This document shows positions 6,569 through 14,118 of a stretch of DNA of 32,000 nucleotides, one piece after another. Each line of letters opens with the position of its first letter. Positions within the stretch are counted from its first letter, which is position 1. Source of the DNA: Candidatus Saccharimonadota bacterium (lineage in GTDB: Bacteria > Patescibacteriota > Saccharimonadia > Saccharimonadales > UBA4665). The notes beneath the pieces were generated by a model, which saw only the letters and a list, made by a program, of their open reading frames with translations, had not been told where the DNA came from and did no database searches. Location of the stretch: contig CP065016.1 in assembly GCA_016700375.1 (NCBI GenBank), positions 300,001 to 332,000 of the forward strand. Reading direction: 5' to 3'. A program made the translations under genes and the position numbers.

Positions 6569-8454
6569 GCAGTGATCTTGGCTGGCGTTTCCCAGCACTG
6601 GACGATTCAGAGCGTGAAGGTATCAATGACTCCATTACTAAGGCATTTGCAGGTGATCACGAGCACTTTATAGCTCGTGAGTGTATACAGAATTCGATTG
6701 ACCACCGCCTGGATAAGACAGCCCCAGTCCGGGTAGAGTTTAGACTTAAAAGTTATCCTCGGTCAGTTTTCCCGGCTATAGACGAACTTGCCGATATAGT
6801 TGACTGTTGCATCAACGCGTCCAGCAGTTCTCGTGCAAAAGAGGAGCTGGCGGTTATTAAAAAGTCCGTATCCAGTCAGCAGATACGAACACTTACTGTA
6901 CGAGATTACAACACGGAGGGTCTAACTGGCGGAGATTATGATGAGGCCGGAAGCTGGCATAGGCTTGTGCGTGCCGTGGGTTCTAACGATCCATCGGGTG
7001 TAGGCGGTGGCTCTTACGGTCTTGGCAAGGGTGCTCCATTCGCAGCGTCAGGTATTCGTACTGTTTTTTATGCCACGTATAACGAAAAGAGTGAGAATGT
7101 TTTTCAGGGCAAAACACGACTAGTCAGCCATATGGGCTCAGATGGCAAGATGAAGCGAGGCGTAGGATTCTACGGTGCAAGATCAAATGACGCATGCCGA
7201 TCTATTCGTACAAAAGCAGAAATGCCTGCTGAATTCGTGAGGGGCGAACGCGGTACGGACATCATAATACCTGCCTATCGAGCAGTGTCAGACAACTGGC
7301 AGCTAGGTCTGGTGCATTCTGTTCTCAAGAATTTTTGGCCAGCAATACACGAACGCATGCTGGAAGTTGAAATTTACGACGGTAACGACTTAAAGCAAAA
7401 CATTAACGCCGAGAACCTAGCCGCTCTTCTTGAACAATATCCAGGCGAAGAAACGGGCAACGCCTACTATTACTTCTTGGCAAAGACCAGTCCTGATAAG
7501 GACGGCTATTTCAGCGAGCCAATCGATGGACTCGGCGAAGTCGAACTGTATATTAAGCGGGGTGATGATTATCCGAAAAAAGTTCAGCAAATGCGTGCGC
7601 CACTGATGGTGGTTTCTTCCGAACCTTACCGCCGTGCGTTACTTGATCCTTTTGCGGCAGTACTTATTTGCAGAGACGAAGAAGGCAACAATTTTCTCAA
7701 AGGGCTTGAGCCACCACAACATGATACATGGGATCCAACACTTGGCGACGATACCGACGTTATTAGAAATAATAAACGTATATATAAATCGCTGCAGGAT
7801 TGGGTACGAAGCAAACTAAAAAGTCTCTCGCGTGCTTCCGACGGAGAAGTCATGGAAATACCAGGATTGGCAGAATACTTAGCCAGCATGGAGCGTGATG
7901 ACCTTGCACTATTTGGCCGAGTGGACAAATCTGATGATGATCCAGATTCTGAGACTGATGTAGAGCGCATTATTCCCGTCAATTCTGCTGTATCGGCTCG
8001 TCGACCTCTACAGTACAGCCTCAATGCAGTTAAAGCTGATACTGGTCCTGATGAGGGCGGTAGTGGTGGTAGTGGTGGCGGTAGTGGCCGAGGGGGTGGA
8101 GGCCAGCCAAACCCGGGCGGAAGATCGCGTAGATTACAGAACCGTTCAACCATCCGCGTTAGGAATATCGGCATGACCCCCTCCGGCGAGTTTACAGATG
8201 TTGAGCTATGTCTTTACTCGAAGCAACCCTTCGAGGGCACGATCAGATTAGTCGCTGCGGGGGAAGATATGAATACGGGTATACGCGTACTACACGCTAA
8301 TGCGGATAGTAGCGGCGCGGCTTATCCTATCAAAAGCGGTCGCATACAAAACGTAAAGATTGATCCGTCTCGTCCTACAAGAATAACTGCTCGCATGGAC
8401 GGTAAGAATATTAGATACGCAATAGGAGTTGAGAGCCATAAAAACAATTCTTAG
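6565..8454 (+). CDS. GHKL-superfamily (Bergerat fold; HATPase_c_3 / MORC / sacsin-like) ATPase with Gly-rich linker and C-terminal beta-rich domain
   Basis: N box: FIARECIQNSIDH. G1-like box: VRDYNTEGLTGG. G2 box: GGGSYGLGKGAPF. After ~330 further residues comes an acidic stretch, then GGSGGSGGGSGRGGGGQPNPGG (nt ~8056-8120), then a ~110-aa beta-looking tail. No histidine-kinase H-box and no nuclease motif were recognised. Confidence 0.7.
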   Translation: MSSDLGWRFPALDDSEREGINDSITKAFAGDHEHFIARECIQNSIDHRLDKTAPVRVEFRLKSYPRSVFPAIDELADIVDCCINASSSSRAKEELAVIKKSVSSQQIRTLTVRDYNTEGLTGGDYDEAGSWHRLVRAVGSNDPSGVGGGSYGLGKGAPFAASGIRTVFYATYNEKSENVFQGKTRLVSHMGSDGKMKRGVGFYGARSNDACRSIRTKAEMPAEFVRGERGTDIIIPAYRAVSDNWQLGLVHSVLKNFWPAIHERMLEVEIYDGNDLKQNINAENLAALLEQYPGEETGNAYYYFLAKTSPDKDGYFSEPIDGLGEVELYIKRGDDYPKKVQQMRAPLMVVSSEPYRRALLDPFAAVLICRDEEGNNFLKGLEPPQHDTWDPTLGDDTDVIRNNKRIYKSLQDWVRSKLKSLSRASDGEVMEIPGLAEYLASMERDDLALFGRVDKSDDDPDSETDVERIIPVNSAVSARRPLQYSLNAVKADTGPDEGGSGGSGGGSGRGGGGQPNPGGRSRRLQNRSTIRVRNIGMTPSGEFTDVELCLYSKQPFEGTIRLVAAGEDMNTGIRVLHANADSSGAAYPIKSGRIQNVKIDPSRPTRITARMDGKNIRYAIGVESHKNNS

Positions 8455-9259
8455 AACCTATTCGCATCCAGTTCTTGGCAACGGAGATGATTTCAGTAAC
8501 CCATTCGATGTTGCATATGGCATTGAGGTATCCGAAGACAAGAGCGACTGGGTTATTGGGCTAAAGGTAGCAATGGATAATGAACAACTACAGAAGCTCG
8601 TTAGCACAGGATTAGCTGCATACCACCTTGAAGTTGAGTGCGGAAACACCTTCTACCGGTACTCGTTTGATACAAACCAGCAGACGGCACAGTTCACTAT
8701 TCCTACAACCCGGTTACGTGGCAAAGTTAAGCTCGATACGTTCATTGTTGCGCTTCAGCCTATTCAGGAATACAAGCCGACTGACGCACATGAGGACTAT
8801 GGGAGCCGTGCGTACAAAATTTCAACAGGAGATATTCTCGGAGTCGGAGGATCCCAGACATTTATTGCCGATACAGAGTTTGACCCTCTTCGTGCCTCAG
8901 CTAGTTCATTTATTAAAATCGAGCGAGGACCAAAAGCTAAAGGAAACATTATTGCCGAACATGGCTCCAGTGAAATAATCATACGACTGCCCCAGGAAGA
9001 CTATGATCGCTTTCAAGAAGTGGCAGGCCAAAAGCTGGTTGAAGATATTCTGCACGCGGCGATTGTATTTCCCGTTCTTGTTGAAGCCGTACAGTTCGCC
9101 CAGAACAAGAGAGGCAACGATTATAATGATCGTTTGCTCGCAATTCTTGAGCAGAGGGGGTTAATGAAAGAAGAAGCATTTGTGGCCGCACAGGAAATTT
9201 TACAGGCCCCGGTTTCCAGAGCTTTATCTAAGCTGCAACAGATAAGGGAGGCTGAGTAA
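8429..9259 (+). CDS. Hypothetical protein (276 aa), no recognisable domain
   Basis: It is a long ORF on the operon strand. The only canonical start in frame is TTG 8429, which overlaps the upstream gene by 26 nt, so the start is uncertain. Its stop overlaps the next start (TAATG at 9257-9261). Confidence 0.6.
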   Translation: MRAIKTILRTYSHPVLGNGDDFSNPFDVAYGIEVSEDKSDWVIGLKVAMDNEQLQKLVSTGLAAYHLEVECGNTFYRYSFDTNQQTAQFTIPTTRLRGKVKLDTFIVALQPIQEYKPTDAHEDYGSRAYKISTGDILGVGGSQTFIADTEFDPLRASASSFIKIERGPKAKGNIIAEHGSSEIIIRLPQEDYDRFQEVAGQKLVEDILHAAIVFPVLVEAVQFAQNKRGNDYNDRLLAILEQRGLMKEEAFVAAQEILQAPVSRALSKLQQIREAE

Positions 9260-10020
9260 TGAAGCTATTCAAATCATCATACTGTGCGGAACTTGCCGAA
9301 GCGGTGCGTCTTGGTAGCGGTCTTGAAGCATATGACAGCAGACAGTTTGAACCAGAGTCGGAGAAGTGCATTGATGGACCTGCCATAAAAACGAATGGCG
9401 ATGCACCCGTACTTGGGGGCAATAGTAATGACGCCTCAGCCGCTATTGCTGTATATGGCTATTTAGGTGAACTAAACGAACTGCAAGCTTCTGACAAACG
9501 GCTGTGGACCACACTTACTCACACCACATTTCGAGGGTACGTTATTGACAGATGGCCAGCCAAATCTGACGACGTAGAGGCAAAGAAAAACGCTGTAATG
9601 AGGCGCTGGTTTGCCGAGGGTGGCAGTGATCGTACGCTAGAAAATAACGCTATCGCCCGGCTTTGGTGGGGTGCTCGCCTTACATTTTCTCCATGGAAAG
9701 TAAATCCTGATGAGTTCGGCCACCTTGAACATGAAGATGACTTCTACTTTACTAAAAAGCTCTTTTCTTTACAGGAACTCATTAAAGTAACGATGGAGAG
9801 CAGTCTCGGACGATCAAGCAAGGTATTGATTGCCCTGCTAGCTTACCTGGACAAACATCCCGAACTAGTTAATAACGAAGACGTAGGCGACCTAATGAAA
9901 GAGCTTAACCTCATATCAGGTGCTAATAAAATTCTAGTTCTGAATGCAAAGGAGCTCGAGTCGTTAATCGAGGAAGCTGCCGACTCTTTATTTGAAGCGC
10001 GTACTTCTACTTACGCGTAG
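9259..10020 (+). CDS. Hypothetical protein (253 aa), Trp-rich helical, no recognisable domain
   Basis: The ATG start is coupled to the upstream stop. There is a conserved-looking central block, LWTTLTHTTFRGYVIDRW...MRRWFAEGG...NNAIARLWWGARL. The gene is followed by a terminator. Confidence 0.6.
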   Translation: MKLFKSSYCAELAEAVRLGSGLEAYDSRQFEPESEKCIDGPAIKTNGDAPVLGGNSNDASAAIAVYGYLGELNELQASDKRLWTTLTHTTFRGYVIDRWPAKSDDVEAKKNAVMRRWFAEGGSDRTLENNAIARLWWGARLTFSPWKVNPDEFGHLEHEDDFYFTKKLFSLQELIKVTMESSLGRSSKVLIALLAYLDKHPELVNNEDVGDLMKELNLISGANKILVLNAKELESLIEEAADSLFEARTSTYA

Positions 10021-10090
10021 GATCGGGTCAAATAACCACCAAATCGGCTTTAATTGCAGTTATAACATTCTCTATTGTTGTGAGCCATAT

Positions 10091-10123
10091 AAAAAGAGTC
10101 GGGCTGAAAGTCTGGCTCTTTTT
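10091..10123 (+). terminator. Rho-independent terminator of the cassette
   Basis: AAAAAGAGTCGGGC-TGAAA-GTCTGGCTCTTTTT. Three G.U pairs make the stem stronger on the + strand. Confidence 0.6.
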
Positions 10124-10132
10124 ATTTATCCC

Positions 10133-10340
10133 GAGACTGGTTTGAAACAGTGACAGAAATTTTGCCAGATGCGAAAGATCTTAGTTGCTGGCTCGGTGAA
10201 GCGAGGGCACACACAGTCCGTCGGTTGACGCACGAGCATGGGAAGGCGGAAGAGCACAGCGGCCCAGTCCCTGGGAGCCAAAAACCAATCCCAGATGAAC
10301 CCACCAGAGTAAAACGTACCATCCCGGGTGAAATCACATT
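10133..10340 (-). ncRNA. Unclassified conserved non-coding element, copy B (paralogue of 3720-3923)
   Basis: The alignment is as described for copy A. On the minus strand a promoter-like CTTACA (10367-10372) - 17 nt - GATAAT (10344-10349) sits just upstream of the conserved block. The long-range helix has a U.G pair only when read on the minus strand; it is a C.A mismatch on the plus strand. Confidence 0.45.
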
Positions 10341-10428
10341 TATATTATCTGTACGAAGTCGAGTCCTGTAAGCCGTTGTAGCTGCATACCGCTAGCGTTG
10401 TTAAGGTAATTTTTGTTACAGTGTAGTT

Positions 10429-10743
10429 ATGAAATCACGAAAGAATAAAAGTTTCTTAAAGAGACATTCACACAACCAGCTAGAAAAGACCGCGTTGGCT
10501 TTAGGCTTAATAGAGTCGGGACTATTCTTATTAGGTACTATATGGGCATTTTTGAATAGTGACAGTTTGGGCGGGGTCCTTGCCGTATTCATATGGTACG
10601 CTTGCATTCCATTTGTAGTTACGAGCTGCCTTCTCAGTTTGGCTACTATTCGCACTCTGGGCGAAGCAACGAGCGCGTACCGCATATTTTTCCTTATAAA
10701 TTGGGGTGTTGTCATCAGTCTATTGGTTAACATAAGCGACTAA
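10429..10743 (+). CDS. Small membrane protein (104 aa, about 3 TM helices), hypothetical
   Basis: Hydrophobic segments: ALALGLIESGLFLLGTIWAFL, VLAVFIWYACIPFVVTSCLLSLATI, IFFLINWGVVISLLV. The overlapping antisense ORF looks less protein-like. Confidence 0.45.
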   Translation: MKSRKNKSFLKRHSHNQLEKTALALGLIESGLFLLGTIWAFLNSDSLGGVLAVFIWYACIPFVVTSCLLSLATIRTLGEATSAYRIFFLINWGVVISLLVNISD

Positions 10744-10942
10744 TCTCTCGATGTTTTCGGCTAGCTAATCTCTCCAGCGTAAGGGTTTCGCCCTTACATC
10801 TCTGATTTTGTGTCAAGGACAATTGGGCATACGACTTATGCCCATAGAAGTGCCTGCGACGCTATTCCTGATTCAGCAGCATACTGATTGCACCAGGGGC
10901 GGGGAGGTGGTATATTGCAAGCGTAGTCGAAGCATAAACACA

Positions 10943-12364
10943 ATGCATATATCACCCCTCAAAAGCCGGTTTGTAGCAGTTATTTTCAGCGCTGCGCTAC
11001 TGATGTCGCTCGTTCCGGCGCGGCAGACCCTTGCCGCCACCGCAAACATCTACCTTTCGCCGGCAGCACAAACCGTAACAAAGGGTACGATATTTACGGT
11101 GGCCGTGGGTATATCTACGGCTTCAGAAATTACCGAGGCAGATGTATACCTGACTTACCCCTCAAACCAGATATTGTTTCAGGATGTTTCCTACAGCGGT
11201 TCGGCGTTTAGCAACAAAATGGCATGGTCGGGTGGCGGCGGGAACATTCACATAAAACGAAGTGCAGACGCTGCTGTCAGCGGCGAACTCCCGCTGGCTG
11301 TGCTTACCTTTACCGTCACGGCAGAGTACGGTACCGGCACAATGAGCGTACAAAGTAACTCCGCACTTAAGAATACCGATGCGCCAGTCGCAGCAACCTA
11401 TGGTAGTGCAGCACTAGATTTTGGCGCAAAAGCACCCCCAGTGGCAGCGCCGCAAAAACCCCCTACCACATACACCATACTTGCTTCTCCCCGCGATTTC
11501 GACGGCGCTGCGCCCATTTTGTCGAACATACAAAGTATCCAAACAGGTGCAAATGCCGTTTCGGTCAGCTGGACCACAAACGAACCCAGTACGTCTACGG
11601 TGGAATACGGCCTAGACACTTCCTATGGCCTGAGCAGCAGTGAAAATACTCGCTCAACCTCGCACAGTGTGGCCCTGAAGACACCATTTTTACTGCCAAA
11701 CTCGCTGTTTCACTACCGTGTCACCAGTGTGGATAGCAGCAACAACACAGTGCGAAGCACAGACCTTGTTTTTACGACCAAAGGTGTGCAGTACATTCTC
11801 ACGGTGCGCGGTTCGAACGGCAAGCCGCTGCCAAATGCCAGCGTAACCCTAAATGGCCAAACAGCGCAAACCGACGGAAGTGGCAAGGCAGTGCTCACCA
11901 GCAATACCGGCAACCAAGCACTGACTGTTAGTTATAACAACCTAAACCTTTCAAAAACCGTCAAAGTCGCTCCCGACAAGCTGGTGCAAACGGACTCCGT
12001 TCAGTTAGCTGCTAGTCGGGTACTGGTAGACAGCCGTTACATTGTGTATCCGTTTTTGGTTGGAGCGGGGCTGCTAGTCGGGCTCGCCTCACGCAGCTAC
12101 TTACTCAAATACCCGCTTCTTGTGTTGCGTCGCAAGAAAAATAAGTTTCTCAGCATGACCATATCAAGCATGCAACGAGAATACGGCGACAAAAACCCAG
12201 CGCACAACCCTTACCAGGTACGGAGCATCTTTAGCTTCTGGGGCGTGTGGAATTCGTTTGTCGATGTGTTTGGCCGCCCCAGCAAAAAACTGTCTAAGAA
12301 AATTCGCGAAGAAGTCAAAGCCTCCAGCACCCCCGAAAAACCTTCACCCCAAAATAAAAAATAG
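10943..12364 (+). CDS. Secreted, membrane-anchored multidomain surface protein (cohesin-like + FN3-like + CarboxypepD_reg-like domains, C-terminal TM and basic tail)
   Basis: ORF 10808..12364. I place the start at ATG 10943 because MHISPLKSRFVAVIFSAALLMSLVPARQTLAA is a signal peptide. ANIYLSPAAQTVTKGTIFTVAV is cohesin-like. VSVSWTTNEPSTSTVEYG is FN3/PAP-N-like. YILTVRGSNGKPLPNASVTLNG is a Big/CarboxypepD_reg-like module. The TM segment is YIVYPFLVGAGLLVGL. Confidence 0.7.
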   Translation: MHISPLKSRFVAVIFSAALLMSLVPARQTLAATANIYLSPAAQTVTKGTIFTVAVGISTASEITEADVYLTYPSNQILFQDVSYSGSAFSNKMAWSGGGGNIHIKRSADAAVSGELPLAVLTFTVTAEYGTGTMSVQSNSALKNTDAPVAATYGSAALDFGAKAPPVAAPQKPPTTYTILASPRDFDGAAPILSNIQSIQTGANAVSVSWTTNEPSTSTVEYGLDTSYGLSSSENTRSTSHSVALKTPFLLPNSLFHYRVTSVDSSNNTVRSTDLVFTTKGVQYILTVRGSNGKPLPNASVTLNGQTAQTDGSGKAVLTSNTGNQALTVSYNNLNLSKTVKVAPDKLVQTDSVQLAASRVLVDSRYIVYPFLVGAGLLVGLASRSYLLKYPLLVLRRKKNKFLSMTISSMQREYGDKNPAHNPYQVRSIFSFWGVWNSFVDVFGRPSKKLSKKIREEVKASSTPEKPSPQNKK

Positions 12365-12498
12365 CCCTTAGGTGCCCCAAACGGTACCTTTGGCTCCTTG
12401 TCGCCAAAATATATCCCAGACGAAAACTCCAGATGAGTTTTCCTCACCCCAAGTGAAATACTCGGCAATAAATATGAAACCTGAGTCACGAAACTTTT

Positions 12499-12790
12499 GT
12501 CCTTGTCATTCTGAGTGAAGTCGAGGAATCTCCTTGTCCTACTTGTAGCTATACGGTGAAAGGAAGATCTTTCGACCTGACCCACGTGCACTTTTTGGGT
12601 GTCATCTTGAGCGAAGTCGAAAGATCTCATCGTATTTACATCTAACGGGATCCCTCCACGGAGTTTACCCCGTACTTGATACGGGGGTCGGGATGACAAT
12701 GGAATAAAAAGTGCACATGGGTCAGTCTTTCGACTTCGCTTTGTTTCACTCAAAGCCTGCCCTCGACCCGATCGGGGGATGACATTGTAT
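12499..12790. repeat. Nest of short palindromic / inverted repeat units (GTCATYYTGAGYGAAGTCGARRAWCTC family and GGGATGAC-ended hairpins)
   Basis: Units lie at 12505-12533 and 12601-12629 (forward) and 12726-12760 (reverse, with an insertion). GGGATGAC-type ends lie at 12690-12697 and 12775-12783. A CCCCGTA/TACGGGG hairpin lies at 12668-12686. The 213-aa antisense ORF over this region is an artefact of the repeats. Confidence 0.75.
12577..12725. mobile_element. MITE-like element (149 bp) with 20-bp terminal inverted repeats and 9-bp target duplication
   Basis: TIR-L is CTGACCCACGTGCACTTTTT (12577-12596). TIR-R is AAAAAGTGCACATGGGTCAG (12706-12725). They are 19/20 complementary. An identical TCTTTCGAC lies directly outside both ends (12568-12576 and 12726-12734). 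Confidence 0.7.
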
Positions 12791-12861
12791 GATGTTTTTT
12801 TGTTTCGTGATTCAGCTATATGAACCGCTAGGTGACACTGCATTATATTCACGCTCTATAG

Positions 12862-12891
12862 TTGCAAACCCCGTGTTACAATATGTATAGT
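12862..12891 (+). promoter_or_regulatory. Candidate sigma-70-type promoter of the XRE operon
   Basis: TTGCAA (12862-12867) - 18 nt - TATAGT (12886-12891), 12 nt upstream of ATG 12904. Confidence 0.35.
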
Positions 12892-12903
12892 TAACCATAC
12901 ATT

Positions 12904-13128
12904 ATGTTTATACGAGATAGAAATCATACCGTCGTAAATCGGGTACGCGAAGTGCGCACCGGGCTAAAGATGACCCAAGACGAGCTAGCAGAGCGGGTGG
13001 AGGCAACCCGACAAACAATCATATCCATTGAAAAAGGAAATTATGTGCCGAGCGTACTGCTTGCGCTACGGATTGCGAGTATACTAGAGAAAAACGTTGA
13101 GGAGCTCTTTCGCTATGAAAAAATATAA
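12904..13128 (+). CDS. XRE/Cro-C1 family helix-turn-helix transcriptional regulator
   Basis: NRVREVRTGLKMTQDELAERVEATRQTIISIEKGNYVPSVLLALRIASIL is the canonical HTH_3 pattern. Confidence 0.88.
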   Translation: MFIRDRNHTVVNRVREVRTGLKMTQDELAERVEATRQTIISIEKGNYVPSVLLALRIASILEKNVEELFRYEKI

Positions 13129-13480
13129 ACCAGTACTCGACATTGTCCTACTAGTGAGCCTCACGGCCGTATCACTGCTTGCCGTCGCCCCTAAGACCTT
13201 TGTGATGCCTTCCAGTTTACAAATGCTAATACTCGCCTGCGCCTTTGGGCTTATAGCGGCATTTCTTGTCCTACTGTGGCGTGAACAACCGAGCGATGAA
13301 CGGGAAATGCAAAACCAGGCTCTAGCGAGCCGCCTGGCGTACGTCGTCGGCTCGGTGGTGCTTATTGGCGCTTTGTTTATCCAAAGTCTGCGCCACCAAC
13401 TCGACTCTGCTATACCGCTTGCCTTACTGGCCATGATTGCCACAAAGGTCATAGTGCAACGGCACAAAGATCAAGAATAA
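13115..13480 (+). CDS. Small membrane protein co-transcribed with the XRE regulator
   Basis: I prefer the start MKKYKP at 13115, which overlaps the regulator stop. There are 3-4 hydrophobic helices. The pairing of a small XRE regulator with a membrane protein is a common operon type. Confidence 0.6.
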   Translation: MKKYKPVLDIVLLVSLTAVSLLAVAPKTFVMPSSLQMLILACAFGLIAAFLVLLWREQPSDEREMQNQALASRLAYVVGSVVLIGALFIQSLRHQLDSAIPLALLAMIATKVIVQRHKDQE

Positions 13481-13563
13481 TATGTAAAGTCGACTTGACA
13501 TTCTCAATATAGCTCAATACACTGGTGTATAGCTCATAAACGTAAGCGAGGGTACATAGCAAT

Positions 13564-14106
13564 ATGAATAAAAAAGCACTTATTAGCATCGTTATCATAG
13601 GGCTCATACTTATCGGGGGCGGAGTATTCGCCTACACAAACAACCAAAATAATGAAAAAGAAGAAAAGATGGCTATGCAGAAGAAATCCGACGAAGCAGC
13701 CATGGAAAAAAAGCAGTCAGACGCAGCCATGGAACAGGACGCTATGACCAAAACCGAAGACTCCACGATGAAGGATGATGCTATGGCGAAACACGGCAGT
13801 TACATTACACTCGCCGACTACACGAAAGACCCGAACGCCTACGTAGACAGCAAGAAAGTATATTTTTTCCACGCGAGCTGGTGCCCTATTTGTCAGGGTA
13901 TAGACAAGGAAATCAAAGCCGACATGACAAAACTTCCCACTGGAGTCACACTCATTAAAACCGACTTCGACAGCTCAACAGAACTGCGCAAAAAATACGG
14001 CGTCACCACGCAGTACACGTTCGTTCAGGTCGATGCCAACGGCAACGAAACAGCCCAGTGGTCGGCAACCTCACTTTCTGATGCGCTCGCTGGTATAAGG
14101 GCGTAG
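13564..14106 (+). CDS. Membrane-anchored thioredoxin-fold protein (CxxC)
   Basis: An N-terminal TM anchor is followed by a Met/Lys/Asp-rich linker and FFHASWCPICQG (a WCxxC active site). Confidence 0.8.
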   Translation: MNKKALISIVIIGLILIGGGVFAYTNNQNNEKEEKMAMQKKSDEAAMEKKQSDAAMEQDAMTKTEDSTMKDDAMAKHGSYITLADYTKDPNAYVDSKKVYFFHASWCPICQGIDKEIKADMTKLPTGVTLIKTDFDSSTELRKKYGVTTQYTFVQVDANGNETAQWSATSLSDALAGIRA

Positions 14107-14118
14107 GCAAACGTACCA

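Noticed and set aside
7626-8174. 182-aa antisense ORF inside the GHKL ATPase gene, and the 231-aa antisense ORF 24864..25559 inside the ABC ATPase gene
   Set aside because: They are mirror frames of strongly supported genes. The Pro/Ser/Arg-rich sequence includes PPPPRPLPPPLPPLPP, which is generated by the antisense of the Gly-rich linker.
10122-10371. ORFs 10122..10337 (-) and 10150..10371 (+) over non-coding element B
   Set aside because: The reasoning is the same as for copy A: conservation between the copies is at the nucleotide level and independent of frame.
10808-10942. Upstream extension of the 518-aa ORF, and likewise 30182-30268 for the EamA gene and 23375-23461 for the DUF1801 gene
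   Set aside because: In each case an internal Met gives a canonical N-terminus (a signal peptide, the first TM helix preceded by GGAGG, or an ATGA overlap with the upstream gene). The extensions look non-genic.
12211-12852. 213-aa minus-strand ORF
   Set aside because: It runs entirely through the palindromic repeat nest and the MITE-like element. The translated sequence is the kind of artefact such repeats produce, and it overlaps the 3' end of the 10943-12364 gene.
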